DNA of 63,016 nt, filler included, from Choristocarpus tenellus KU-1152 (Eukaryota; Protista; Phaeophyceae): assembly GCA_964200185.2 (NCBI GenBank). It is 12 parts of 12 records of this genome, joined end to end, with 100 filler letters (N's around TTAATTAATTAA, not from the genome) between each part and the next. Parts side by side here need not be neighbours in the genome. Positions count along the whole stretch, not along the records: positions 25,864 to 29,401 come from CAXNAD020019385.1; positions 29,502 to 32,641 come from CAXNAD020022030.1; positions 32,742 to 42,619 come from CAXNAD020003314.1; 9 more parts are not named here. One strand, written 5' to 3'. The translations under genes were made by a program, and so were the position numbers. Every line of letters begins with the position of its first letter. The first letter of the stretch is position 1. Below, piece after piece: positions 27,300 through 39,801 of the stretch. The notes under the pieces are model-generated. The model searched no databases. It was given only the letters and a program-made list of their open reading frames with translations, and had not been told where the DNA came from.

Positions 27300-28720
27300 C
27301 CACCAGTTCCCTACCCCTGACAGAAGTTCAAGCTGAAAAATCTTTCGTGGGAACTCGACCTCAAAGGTGGCATTTCGTGCAATTGAATTATGTCGTGGCA
27401 GGGTCAGGGGCAGGGGCTTCACCCTCAAGAACCGAGTTTCGTTGTTACTTCTGTTGGCAATTATCGTGCTGGCGATCGAAAGATTATCTACAACCCTCGA
27501 GAGGAAGGTGAGATAAGGACAGTGTCTGCCCTTTGTTACGCTTGGATCCCGTTAAAACCATGTTCCAGACCCTAACAGTCATGACTTGGTCACGAGTTTG
27601 TCTAACCTTGTTCTCCCATAAAGTCTACCACTGATAGAGTAAAGATCGCTTGAATGTGCCCACTATCTCTTTTAAATACCTTTGCAGATAGGGAATACAC
27701 TGAGAAGCCACCAAAAATCACAGTTGTTGTGTCCAGATATCTGGGGTGGGCACTGGCGGCAGCCGGCATGAGCAGTATCATCATCTCGAGGATTTCTGAA
27801 TACGAATGGGTGAGTGCGGGAAACCCCCAAACCCTAGCTTATGTGACTCGATAAACTGATTTCATAGAGTTTATTCACCTTTGTGTTTTGACGACAAACC
27901 AATGACTTGACACATTTCAATGTCATCACAAGCCACCTTTCCCTTCCAAAAACCAAGCTTTCCCTTCCGCTATCCTTTGCTTTAGCCCAAACATTGGCTG
28001 GGACTTCTGGCTTTTCTTATCGGGATCCTATCTACCATGGTTGACCATAAAGAGTCTCGGGGCGGCAAGGTCACCAATTTTATTATCCCCATGGGAGTGG
28101 TAGCCATCGCTTCTAGCTGCCTGATCCTGCAGTTGTTCGACTACAAGCTATATAGTGATGTCCAGGTATGGCTCATGCATTCAAGAAGGAAGTTAGGAGC
28201 TGCTAGGAGGCACTCTGCAGAGATTTAAGTAGAGAAAAGAGGAGGATATAGTGATGACTAATGAACAGCATGGTTGACAAGTACCACCCCACTCTGGCAA
28301 GAATGATACTTGGACACACACTGCCACATGCCTGGTGATTCTGTCTCCCTCACCTGCATGCAATTTGTTCACCTGTGAAGCTGTCACTTTGATCATGCCA
28401 TACTTTATTGGGAGAGATACAGTGCTCTCCCTAAAAACGAGGATTGTATGGAATGAGCGAGGCAGTGTTCTATTATATGTTCGCAAGGGGACCGTACATC
28501 ATGACCAATTTTTAAACACCTTTCTTAGCCTGCCAGTACCATGAAAAGGGTAGATCCTCCTTGTATATGCTCTTGTCAGTGAGCAAGTGGTATGCAAGAA
28601 AATCCAACACATGCTTGTCAACTTGATCCTCAGATCCTAAGGGAGTTTGTTACACATGGATGACGGTGGGGGGCAGTGAGGGATGTGTTTCAAATAGCAC
28701 ACAGATGGAAAAAATTAAAA
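27300..28720 (-). pseudogene. Possible heavily decayed LTR-retrotransposon pol
   Basis: Only weak, frameshifted resemblance (FMVLAG*..KNWS..VPL) to the Ty3/Gypsy RT-RNase H connection motif F.GLAGYYRRF..NF....PL. Confidence 0.25.
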
Positions 28721-30019
28721 CTCGGGATGTGTGCTATTTGAAGCTCTAGAGGGAGGGCATATATTCACTTCATCACTGATGTCCTTACCTCTAGTCACTC
28801 CTTGTCATTGTGGGCTTTGTCTGTTGTGCCATGCCAGGATGTTGAAGATTGCGAAGACAGCCTCGGAAATCCATTCTGTGTTAATGAGAAATGCTTCTGC
28901 TTCGACCCTGTCCGTAATGAGTGAGTACTGGTTGCAAGGGTTCAGGTTGTTTGTGTTGGATATGTCATTTTCGACCAGACTGAAGCCTGTGAAGATATCA
29001 CTGGAGGGTGAAGTGGGGAGAGGGGGGAGAGGGGGGGGATGCTTAGTACGGGACTTCAGAGTTGCAAGAAGAGTTTGAAGGGGGTGAGATCTTATGTTCG
29101 ATCATGCTCAACTTTTGCTCTGCTTTTTAGATGCACTGAAAGAAATTAGGTGACGTGGATTGATAAAGTCTCAAGGAATGTAAGAGGGAGGCATTCGGGG
29201 GGGGGGAAGGGGTCTACGAAGGAATTAGTTCAGAACACTATGTTCACTTTGTCTGATGATACAATCACCATGACTTCAGCGTACCTTGGGAAGACGGGAG
29301 TGAGGGAGAATGTCAACAAACCTTTGATGGGTGATGTCTCTCTGACATACCCTGAGACCTGTCGGTAGACACCACAAGGCCTGCAAATTGTCTTTTTTCA
29401 CNNNNNNNNNNNNNNNNNNNNNNNNNNNNNNNNNNNNNNNNNNNNTTAATTAATTAANNNNNNNNNNNNNNNNNNNNNNNNNNNNNNNNNNNNNNNNNNN
29501 NGATATGGTAGGAAAGGAGTAGTTAAATCCCGACTACGCCTAATTGTTTCAGTGACTACGCAAGTGGCATTGTCTCGACGTGTCATGCGCTTTAAACTAG
29601 AGTCACCAGGGATGGGCACGGAGGGGTTTGTTGGATTCTTGGGATGCCTCCCTCGCTCCCCCCCCCAGGGCGCAGGAGTAGGTAGATGGGAAGCTAAGGA
29701 AGACAGTAGTACAATATTGATAGTGGTGAAGAAGTAACTGATAGATTAGTGGTTTTAACACTTGGTGTTTTATAGTGTTTTCACATTTATGATATTTTCT
29801 TTCTTTAGGGCTGATACTGACATATGTATAGTTTTCATTTGTTTTCCCCCTGACGAATCTGCAAAATGTCAGAGGATATAATAATATGATATAAAACAAC
29901 AATAGTTCAATATATAGTAGGAATAGAAGTAGTGGTACGTACGTACAGCATTTGCATGAACAAAAACACCAATTATATCACTACTATTACAGATATATAT
30001 AGAGATAGATAGGGATAGA

Positions 30020-31190
30020 GTTACGCTCGTATTAACCACATTGACCGTCGCGCTTGGATTCCTGACGAAGTCCACAAGAAATGGGAAGGCTGCGTTGTAG
30101 GGTTGGTATTTTTGACGGTTATGTATCACATCGATCTTACCTCTGCCAAGAAATTCATTCCGATGTTGCATCTCCTCCATCGCAAGTCTCATAACATCCT
30201 GCACGTGGTTGGCGATCTTTTTTAAGGTAGCAAGGTAATCGAAAGGGGGATGAGCAACGGATCCCACTCACATGACGTCACCTTCAGGCGCATTACGGGT
30301 GGATCCAGTCTGCCAAGTGGTGTGATACATACGGGCATTAAAATTGTGAAGGGAAGGTTTTCATCGCCTTTTCGTATCGGGGATGAGCAAACGTATAATA
30401 CACGCAAGATTATTTTCGAAGGCAAGTCACACACCTTCCCCAGAAGAACATCCCCAACGCCCGTGAGACTGGGAGAGGACATTGACAAGTCGCCAAGTTG
30501 CCCTGATGAATGCTGGACGGGAGACATGCACAAAAGTTTGGACGAAGAAGAAAGATTCGTCATTTGCCGAGTTGATGCCGCTGTCATCAGTGAAGGAGAC
30601 CATAGGATTTACTCTCCCCTTGGATACCAGGGAGGATGACGAGGAACAATAGCTATGATCGTGCCCTACACCTTTCTGCACCACGGCAGACCCAGAGACA
30701 GTAGGAGGGGGAGGGAAAGGGCGAGCATTGGTCAATGGGAGTGTCCACAACATTGAATCTGCTCAAGGATCCAACCACCACAATCCACTTTTCAAGCGGT
30801 GCTGCGGAGCGATGCATCATCCAGCCGGCCATGACACACAAAAGCTGTTTGGGGGATTAACCCTACCAGTCTCGCTGCCAACTTGTGGACCCCAAGTTAG
30901 GTGGAAGACCTACTATACCAGCACTTCACTCAAGATATAGGAGACAACTGGTCTGGTTACGTCGACTGCGTGGATCCATTGAATTGTAAGATCATCCATA
31001 GGGCGCCAGCTCACACTCCTCTGGGCTGTAGGTGAATTCATTACTCGCAACTCTTCCATCAGCAGTACAATAGTACCAGTCACAGATAGATATTGACGCC
31101 CACACAACCAGGCCATCACCACTCTGTGTTTGATTATCTAGGTGTGACATATGAGAAGTGACCAATTTTGATGTAATTTTGGCTATCAAT
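30020..31190 (-). pseudogene. Decayed coding region, possibly a KDZ (Kyakuja-Dileera-Zisupton)-like transposase
   Basis: Across frameshifts, ACLPSSIHQGNLATCQ / SPSLTGVG / SSGEGV resembles the KDZ motif P.FH..GH...CQ...SP....G.G..DGEG.E. Confidence 0.3.
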
Positions 31191-32578
31191 TGTTGGGGAA
31201 AGAGTGGGGAGGCCTGAAAGGTTACTCAACACTTCAACATACTCAATTACTCAACAGTTTCGTTTTGTCAATGTAACACGTCCATATTCAGTGGGTCCTA
31301 AGCCCTCAACGTTCAAAACACGATATGTCCTTAACTCTCAAATTTAAAACTGCGAGGTATCCTTAACTCTCGACTTCTAAGCATATACGTATATATGTAA
31401 TATATCCTAACGGAATTTCCTAATATTTCATAGGGTGTGCGCTGTAGATACGCAACACTACCCAATCTTAAACTTACCTTGAAAGTGCTCACGACGACCA
31501 GGACAGGCGTATTGATGTATGAAGTAAAGATGATGACAATATTGTCAACAGAGGATTTAGCAGTACTCCACCATAAGACATAACCTTTGCGTTTGTTGTT
31601 TATCTATCTTGATCGGTCTGCCAATAAATTTTGTGTGACTTACAAACTGATTACCTACTTACTACTACTATTCCCTATAGTACTTTTATTAATATCACGA
31701 TACTTCAAAAAGTACATACATTTTATAGTTGAAGTCCTCCAAACAAAAAAGATCATTCATGAGAAGCGTCCACGCATTACGATATATTTTGCATTTGGTT
31801 TGGTCAAGGATTTGGATTATTCAGGACCAGTTCCCTGAATCAGAGAAAAGAGTCCATGAAAATGGACCCACGCGCTTGCACCACCACAGTTACTAACAAC
31901 TGAGGAAAGCAGTAACTCAACCACGTGCCATAACCTCCCCGTAAACAGACCGCATACATATATTCATACGTATATTCATACGAATATTTGTAGGCCAAAA
32001 CCAGTTCTCAGCCAAGGGTAACCCAGGCTAAGGGTTGGGGGCCAACGTGTCTAGGTGGGGGGGGGAGGGAGTCTGCACTGGGGCGTCCAAATGGACCCTT
32101 GTATAATTGTTGGAAAATTGTATGAAAATGTTGTGAATAACGCATAATAGAGTATCTTCAGTCGTGGAGGTTGGTCTTTTTTCGGTGGAATATTGCATAG
32201 TCTGCATCTAGTGTATGTACTTGGGCGCTTTAGATGTTGGAAAAGTAGCCTTTTGAGGGGTCGATTTCTTGGGTGGGATGTTTTGGTTGTTGTTTTGTTG
32301 TGAATTGTGGATTGGGTTGGTTCACCTCTCGTGGGTTTATCGCCTTCATGGAGTGGGATTAATGTTAATTGAGGTAGGGATTTAGGGTTTGTCATATCCG
32401 GCGTTAAGCAATATGTGATTGTCAATTGACGGAGAGGGCCTCTTCAATTTGGGAGGGTGTGAAGGGATAAGTATTTGTGCGAGTTCCATGTAAGTTACGG
32501 GGTGCGAGGGGATGAGTTGGCGACAGGTGTATTACATTCGCGTTTGCATATTTTGGAGGTATGTAAATGATGTCCTTT

Positions 32579-32641
32579 GACCCAAAGTATCTGGGAGGGG
32601 GGGGGGGGGCTACCCCAGGGTGTCCATACGGACCCTAACCA
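32579..32641 (+). mobile_element. MITE family A, partial (contig end)
   Basis: gacccaaagtatctggg-G tract-ctaccccagggtgtccat. Confidence 0.85.
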
Positions 32642-32741
32642 NNNNNNNNNNNNNNNNNNNNNNNNNNNNNNNNNNNNNNNNNNNNTTAATTAATTAANNN
32701 NNNNNNNNNNNNNNNNNNNNNNNNNNNNNNNNNNNNNNNNN

Positions 32742-32930
32742 CTCGTACCCCTTAATTTCCTGACTGTTATCCTCTGTTTCTGCCTACCCCTCCATTTCAT
32801 TAACTCTCTCGTTCCTTCCTTAACTATTCATTCTCTTCTTCTTTCTTTTCTATCCCCAACCAGAATTCTCCCGCCCACAAAACTCAGTTTACTTCATAAA
32901 CTCTCACGTTTAAGACATTTTACATACATA
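32742..32930 (+). repeat. Dispersed repeat E, second copy
   Basis: Matches 25950-26190. Confidence 0.8.
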
Positions 32931-33179
32931 CATATAGTTTTCTTTGGTGTTCCCCCTGATATGTCTTCAAAATGTCAAAGGGCATAATAATATAATATAT
33001 TGTGGGTAAGATGTGGTAATGATCTCCAAATCCTCGGTTTCACGGTTTCACCATTTTCGTTAACTTGTTTAGCAAAAAACATTAAAAAAAATGGCATGAG
33101 ATAATGTAAGTAGTATAATGTTTTAATATATATATACACTGCATCTCAATTTATGAAACTCTGATAGCTGATACATAGA

Positions 33180-34100
33180 TGATTAATAGTACTGATGGCA
33201 GAGAAAGAGGAAGGATACTATGAAGCCCTTCGCGATCATTAAGCTGTCATTCTCTCTCGCCTTCACCTTCCTCGTCTCCACGAGTGGTGGTCAACAACCA
33301 AAGGTGAGGTTGGTGATGTCACCTAGAATAAGGCAGTCAATGCTGCAGAGAACGATCACTGATGTAGATACAGATTCCCTCTCCTGGCAGAGTTTCAAGT
33401 TCTTCAAGAAATAGAAGACGTAAGGGGATAGAACTCCTGCAGCAATAGATTTATCAGGTATCTTGGGCCTTCTGGAGAAAGGATGGCAACAAGAGTTTCA
33501 ATATCTTATCCTTCATTACTCCTTCAATACCACCTTCACAAACCTCTTAACATGCCGATCCTACCCGTGCCGATCCTGTTCTGCTTAACACTAGGGCATC
33601 TGGAGTGCTATTGGGCGAGTTTGTGTTCGTGTTCTCTGCTCGTCGGCTGGCACTTTCTGCCCAGATGGATCTTGGAATCCTGTAATTGTCGGAGAGATCG
33701 ATGGGGCCATGTCGAATGTTTGTAAGAGGGTTCCATGCCCTGATGTAAACATCGAGGTGAGGGAGAACCAATCCGTTCCTCGAAATGGGACAAAGTTGAT
33801 AGAGCAAACTGCTATTGCAGCACACGTAGCATACCAGTAATGGGCTTACCCTCGGTCATAGGCGCGGGTAAGGCGAAAGATGAGTGCATCAGGATATTAT
33901 CTTCGTCTCTACCAACCTATATTTGTACGTGGTCGAATCAAGGCTCGTCCACATTTGTACTCAGCACTATCCTGTGCGTTCTCTCCCCGAATTCGGCTAC
34001 GATGCACAGGAGTACTCTGCAGTGTTTGTGGAGAAAATGCCTGCTGAAGAAGCTGACTTAGGTGAGGCTGGTCTAGAAACTGAGTGGGTGAGAGTGGGGT
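33180..34100 (-). pseudogene. Decayed Ty3/Gypsy-like gag-pro-RT fragment
   Basis: In order: a degenerate zinc knuckle VCYVCCNSSLLYQLCP, a protease-like FDMAPSIS, and an RT-start-like MIAKGFIVSSS. Many stops. Confidence 0.35.
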
Positions 34101-34724
34101 TATAGTTCTCAGTTCCCCAACCCATACAGGAAGGATTGCGAGCAGTATTATTGATCCAGCCAGTGTAACCGAGAACGAAGAAGCATTAAATACGCAAGAT
34201 GAGGGATCGGGCAGGGGCTAGAGTTTGAGGTAGATTCATTCCTCTTTGACTTCATCAGCTGGCTGATGAGGATCGTTGAATTGAGCTAGTCCACTTGATC
34301 ATGGAGGACGACAGGGATGCTGCAGCTTTAGGACGGGGACTGGGGGCTGTAGTAGACCCAAGGAGAGGGGCTGTGGGAACGAAAACTCAAAAAGAGATTA
34401 CTTCAATTGCAGTCACCTCTTGCTTGTTATACTGCCAAATGAGGGCCATTGCGTTGATCTGGTCAACTTGACCTGAGGGGATACCAAGAAAGTAGTGGGA
34501 TTGAGACAGGGACTGGATGCAGTAGTGAAGCTAGGCGTGGGGATTGTTAGAGTACAAAAATAACTTACAGATTGCCCTGATTTACAATCCCCTCTAACTT
34601 GCTGACCTATCAGGTAAGGGTCAATGTGTTGATCTGCTAGATTCGACCCAAGGCATGTTACTACATTAGCGTGCAGATGTCGGGCTAAAGGCATCAGAGT
34701 TACTGGAGATAACCAGAAGATGTA

Positions 34725-34915
34725 GACCCAAAGTATCTGGGGGGGGGGGGGGGGGGGGGGGGGGGTCTACACCAGGGTGTCGATTTGGGCCATAACCAGG
34801 AAAAGTGCACTTTTGTTATCCATCCGGTGTATGGAATCAAATCACCTAATAATCGCGACATAAAAAAATTGGCCTCAAATGGACAGCCGTCACCCCCCCC
34901 CAGATACTTTGAGCC
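34725..34915 (+). mobile_element. MITE family A, complete copy with 4-bp TSD (TGTA)
   Basis: TIRs gacccaaagtatctgggggg ... ccccccagatactttgagcc. Flanks are tgta at 34721-34724 and 34916-34919. Confidence 0.95.
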
Positions 34916-36022
34916 TGTAGATTGCCCCCACTACAATCTCCTTTGATTTACGGAAGTCAAAGATGAAGGTCAACGTGCTGGCCTGGTTGACTTGGCCTGA
35001 GAGAATGATATGGATGAGTACAAGGGAAGGAAACGAGGTGGGACTGCAGGGTGAACCTGATACTGCCCCTTTTTCCTGATCATACCACAGAAGAGGTCTC
35101 TGATCTGATGATACCAGTGAAAGATACTGCTGCGAGCATCGTTGAAGGTATTGAAGTCCTGAGCAAGCAACAAGTTGCAGCAATAAACGCTCCAGTGGTG
35201 GAGCTACACGCCCTTCCTGTTGCCAAGGACTGGAAAGGAGAGACTTGCACAAAGGATGGAGGAGACAGGGAAGAGGGAAAATACTCTCAGAAGAAGCCTC
35301 ATGCGGCAGGTGTCAATCCTAGTCGATCTTTCCACGAAGTGAAGGGTGTGGTGGGCTTTCGGAACGGGGCTGATGGCATTGTGGAACAGATTGCAGGGGA
35401 AGAGCCTGTAGTTGTAGTATTCGACAGGTTCTTGGAGGAAGAGGTGAGTGGCAATCAGAGAGGGATGGGCTAGGCAGTGTGACTAGTATCTATCCTGGAG
35501 CAGAGTATGGCACCATACTGGTGGGGCCACAAATGGACACGACATATCACTTTTATCAGAGATCTCTCTGTTTCTCCTTTAGAAATTCATTTTCTTTTCT
35601 ATCCATTTTGAAAAATAAATCCTCGCCTGGTGGATTGTCTCAGGGGGTTGTTTTCTTCAGAGTTGTCTGGTATGGAAAGGCACTTTTGGCATGGAGGTGA
35701 AGCACCGGGCGGTTTCGACTTACTGATCTAGATATCACACTGAGTTTGACGGGCTTTTTCTCAGGGGATTAAGGCACCACCCACTGTGTGTAGACTAATA
35801 CTCTGGAGTATAAGCCTCTCTTTTAACCCCAATTTTGCTCCTCTTTTCTTGGATCTCTCTCTACGTTCACATAGATTTTCCTCAAAGACCTGAACCTTAT
35901 CACAAGGTCTAGGTAGGCGTAGTCATCCCTCCCTTGGCCTTGATTGTAGACCTGATTGTTTGTATTCAAATATGAGGATCAACAATACAGTGTTCTGTTG
36001 ACCACTGAGAATTGAAGTCTAT

Positions 36023-36281
36023 GAGCCAAAGCATCTTAGAGGGTAGATCCGCGTCCGTTCAGGGGCCACAATCCAATGTTACGATTTTGATGTAGTTTTG
36101 GCTATCGTGTTATTTAGGAAGTGTCAAATGTCCTTGTTCCGGATACACCTTTTCATAATGTATAAATTTTTCCTACTCGAAATGTTTTGGAGTGGGTAAA
36201 AAGTCATTAAAAAAACATGGGAAGCCAAGCCCCAAATGGACACACTGGGCAAAACTCGTACCCTCTGAGGTGCTTTCACTC
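36023..36281 (+). mobile_element. MITE family B, complete copy
   Basis: TIRs gagccaaagcatcttagagggta ... taccctctgaggtgctttcactc. Flanks ctat/tat. Confidence 0.93.
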
Positions 36282-36367
36282 TATTCTATTCGTTAAATTG
36301 TTGCCCTTCACAAGACGTATTTTTCACTGCACTGCCGCCTGTGATTCTCGCTTCCTTGCCTACACAG

Positions 36368-36977
36368 GCATTGAAGTTTGTCCTGGAGGGGGAGTCCACA
36401 GGGAAAGCGGCAATGGATGTTAAGCATGACTCGCACCAAAAGATGAAAGCCTCTTCAACCACGCTGGGTCAGGGATCCCCAACGGACATTGTTTGGGGAG
36501 AAGTAGTGACAGAGAAGGAGTACCCCAGGAGTAGCCTCTATTTGAAACTCTGGAACAGCGTGTTAGAATGCAGTACCATCCTCCTCTTCCTGTGTTTAGC
36601 GGTTCGCTCTGTTCACAAAGCAGTCCCATCGCACAGTTGGCTCTTGACTCTTCTGCTCCATGAGGGCACCAAGGTTGCATGGTGTTGGTCAGTCGCTGCT
36701 TTGACCATAGCTCCCCTGTTGAGCGACACCCTCCTGGCGAGGAAAGAGCTGCTGGAGGCGTACCTAGCCGCTGCTCGTTGGTGCTTTGGGACACTGTCGC
36801 ATGTGATACTGGTGCAGTCCACGTTGTTTGCCGCGGCTTACGTGCTCGAGGTTTTCCAGATGCATGGGAAGGCGAGGGATATCCTACAGTTGGTGCTGGC
36901 TTCTTCCTCCTGCCTGGAAGGCGGTAAGGAAATATAATATGGAAGAAAAACAAGTATATGCATATATGTATACTCAG

Positions 36978-37013
<36 letters not shown>

Positions 37014-37116
37014 TGTATATATATTTGTGTTCTTGTGTTCTGGATATGTTACACACTTCACTTTGTCTGTCTGCTCACAAGTTCCTGCCGGACTATGGCA
37101 TTTTTTGACAACGTGA
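36368..37116 (+). CDS. Last two exons of an unknown, partly hydrophobic protein (36368-36923, ~37082-37116)
   Basis: Pyrimidine-rich acceptor (cttccttgcctacacag), a 185-codon open exon, a gtaagg donor and a phase-compatible terminal exon VPAGLWHFLTT*. No family recognised. Confidence 0.5.
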
Positions 37117-37681
37117 TACGGGATGGAGGGCCAGATCCTCTGTGCTGTGAGGAAATTACTCTTCAATAACTTATTGAACAACATGAGGAGATGACTCTGC
37201 ACGATTTCCGAGAATGCACTGACTCACTACTACCTTCATCCTGCTGCTTCCCTGTCCCCTTGTCATGAAACTGCCAGAGAAATTTCACATGCTTGGATGG
37301 ACCTTCTCATTCTGGGTTCAGTGCGTTATCAGCATGGCAATCGTGCATGGAATATCAGCTGAAATGCTTGCACTTCGAATGGCCTAGCTGTTGAATCATT
37401 CCACAAATCCATTGGGAGGGACGAGGGTTCAGACCAATCAAAGCACTTTCATATGTCCATGAGCTTGCTTTGTTGTGTCTTTTGCTTCTTAGAGAACAGA
37501 TGTGATTGGGTGTGTGTGAGTGAGTGTGCGAAATAGCTTTGTAGACAGCATTGATTGTTATCTATCATTGCTAGAAATTATCTCCATTTATGTGCATGCT
37601 GCACTTCAGCTTCCACTAGCTGACTACTATGGGAGGACGAGGAGTACAACATCTCCTGCAGGGCACATCATTATCCACTAA

Positions 37682-37710
37682 GGTTAGGGTTAGGGTTAGG
37701 GTTAGGGTTA
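37682..37710 (+). repeat. Interstitial telomeric repeat (TTAGGG)~4.5
   Basis: ggttagggttagggttagggttagggtta, the longest of about 10 such tracts. Confidence 0.9.
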
Positions 37711-38137
37711 AGACCAAATGGGTGGGTTCAAGAATGTACTCCGAAGAATACAGAGTGATCACCTTAGATCAGAAATGATCAAGGGATTTCCACCAAAAAT
37801 GAAGAACCCTTCCCCTGTCTATACAAGAAAAATGCTTCATAGTATGTATTTGAACACACCCTTGCTGGTATTAGTAAAGTACTATTTCATAATGAATTCA
37901 TTACTTCTATTTTTTTATTTTTTGACAGGGGTAGATATGCACATGTCTAAAACACCACATATGCTGTTTCGGTATAGTAACCTCATTTGCAATTATATAC
38001 TCAAGAAGTTTAAGAACATAGGTGATGACAGCACCTGTTTGACTTCACTTCTGTACCTAGCTCTCATTTTATGTCAAAACGTGTATCCACAACAATGCAA
38101 TTCTAACCCAAGTCTTGTAAAGAGTACAGTGCCCAGT

Positions 38138-38395
38138 GAGTGAAAGTATCTTAGAGGATATGAGTTTTGCCCTGTTTGTCCATTTGGGACTTGACTTCCT
38201 ATGAGGTTTTTTGTTACATTTTCCTACTCCAAAATGTTTCCAGTAGGCAAATTGTATACATTATGAAAAGATCTGTCCGGAACAAGGATATTGACACTTC
38301 CTAACATACACAATATCCAAAAATTAATCAAAATCGCATCATTGGAATTTTGCCCCCAAATGGACGCGGCCCTACCGTCTAAGATACTTTGGCTC
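38138..38395 (-). mobile_element. MITE family B, complete copy with 4-bp TSD (CAGT)
   Basis: cagt|gagtgaaagtatcttagagg ... ctaagatactttggctc|cagt. Confidence 0.95.
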
Positions 38396-39288
38396 CAGTA
38401 TCTGGTTTGACAAAGAGTGGAAGTGCATACACATAAGAATATATACTTCTATATGATATGGAGTACAAATTTCAGAATAAAAAAATACATCAAAGGATGG
38501 TAGATGTCACATCAAGTATATAAACGTTTACTATGCAGTATCCTCTATTTTCTCAATAATATCTTTCTGGATATATGGATAGATATATCTTGACATTAAT
38601 TGGAGAGTTGTGGCTAGCCGCACAGAATTTGTGGAACAACAGACATAGAACAAGGAGGTGTTTGTCCTAAAGGGAGGTGAGAAGAGGTGCAGCAGAGTCA
38701 AGTGGGGAAGGGCAGAAGAAGATGACATCGATCAGGAAGAGGGGTAGATGCTGACTATGGTTGACCCAAGGCAAATTGATACGGTGTTGAGGTTGGTGCT
38801 GTTGTTACATTTTCAGGTAACAGTGAAAGCTGTGTGGTACTATGTGCATTCCATTTTTCTCCTTTGATTGCATATTACGCTGGTGGCAGCAACGGTTTGG
38901 TGGATGCTGAAGGTACGGCAAGATTGGGGTAATGTGATTGTGAGAGGATTTGAGCGTGTGGACTGGAACTACATATACATTTATGATGAGTAGATTTACC
39001 ATAATCTGAACTTCATATGCAAAACAAACTGCGAGTTGCCTTCTCTGAGCTGTGTCGAAAAAGTGTGTTTCTACTATCTGAGTCTCTTCAATTCCTTGAG
39101 GCTTGACAAAGCACATATTTGCAAGGATTTTGGGAAAGACAAAGGTTAGATAGTGATCTATATATGGCAAGGGTAATACTTGTCTACACATGGTGCGATT
39201 ACATTGCTGTCAAACGTATTGATATTCTATACAGCTACAGCAACCTATTTAAACAGAGGAGAGGAGTGAATTCCATAGGTGTAAAGTC

Positions 39289-39460
39289 CACCACCATGTA
39301 GATATCTCCTACAACAGTATGGGTGCAACTTATGCGATGCTAGGCGACGAGCAGAGTCCCTCAATAATGTGGGTTCATCTCATGAGGCGCTAGGAGAAGT
39401 GCGCAAAGGGATGGAATACTTCGAGCTAGTGCTTAAGATGAAGAAGGTGCTCTATGGGGG
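39289..39460 (+). pseudogene. Decayed TPR repeats
   Basis: HHVDISYNSMGATYAMLGDE, then a frameshift to AESLNNVGSSHEALGEVRKGMEYFELVLKMKKVLYG (42-aa TPR-type consensus SLNNxGxxYxxLG). Confidence 0.7.
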
Positions 39461-39547
39461 AGTAGAGTGTGAGTGTGTACTGATTAGGTGATTGGATACT
39501 GGTTATGTTCAAATGACGAGTTTCTTCATAATGCTGACACATGGTTT

Positions 39548-39801
39548 GAGTGAAAGTATCTTAGAGGGTACGAGTTTTTTCCCGTTTGTCCATTTGGGGT
39601 TTGGCTTCCCATGGGTTATTAATGACATTTTACCTACTCATAATTGTTTTGGAATAGGTAAAATGTGTACGTTATAAAAAGGTATGTCCGGAAAAAGGAC
39701 ATTGACATCTCCTAACATGCTACCTAAAATTACATCAAATTGTAACAATGGATTTGGGCCCTCAAATGGACGCCGCTCTACCCTCTAAGATAAATTGACT
39801 C
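39548..39801 (-). mobile_element. MITE family B, complete copy
   Basis: gagtgaaagtatcttagagggtacg ... taccctctaagataaattgactc. Flanks gttt/tttt. Confidence 0.93.

Noticed and set aside
31478-31584. Isolated AG/GT-bounded open segment on the minus strand (YVLWWSTAKSS...VVVSTFK)
   Set aside because: It could be an exon, but it has no recognisable homology and no partner exons.
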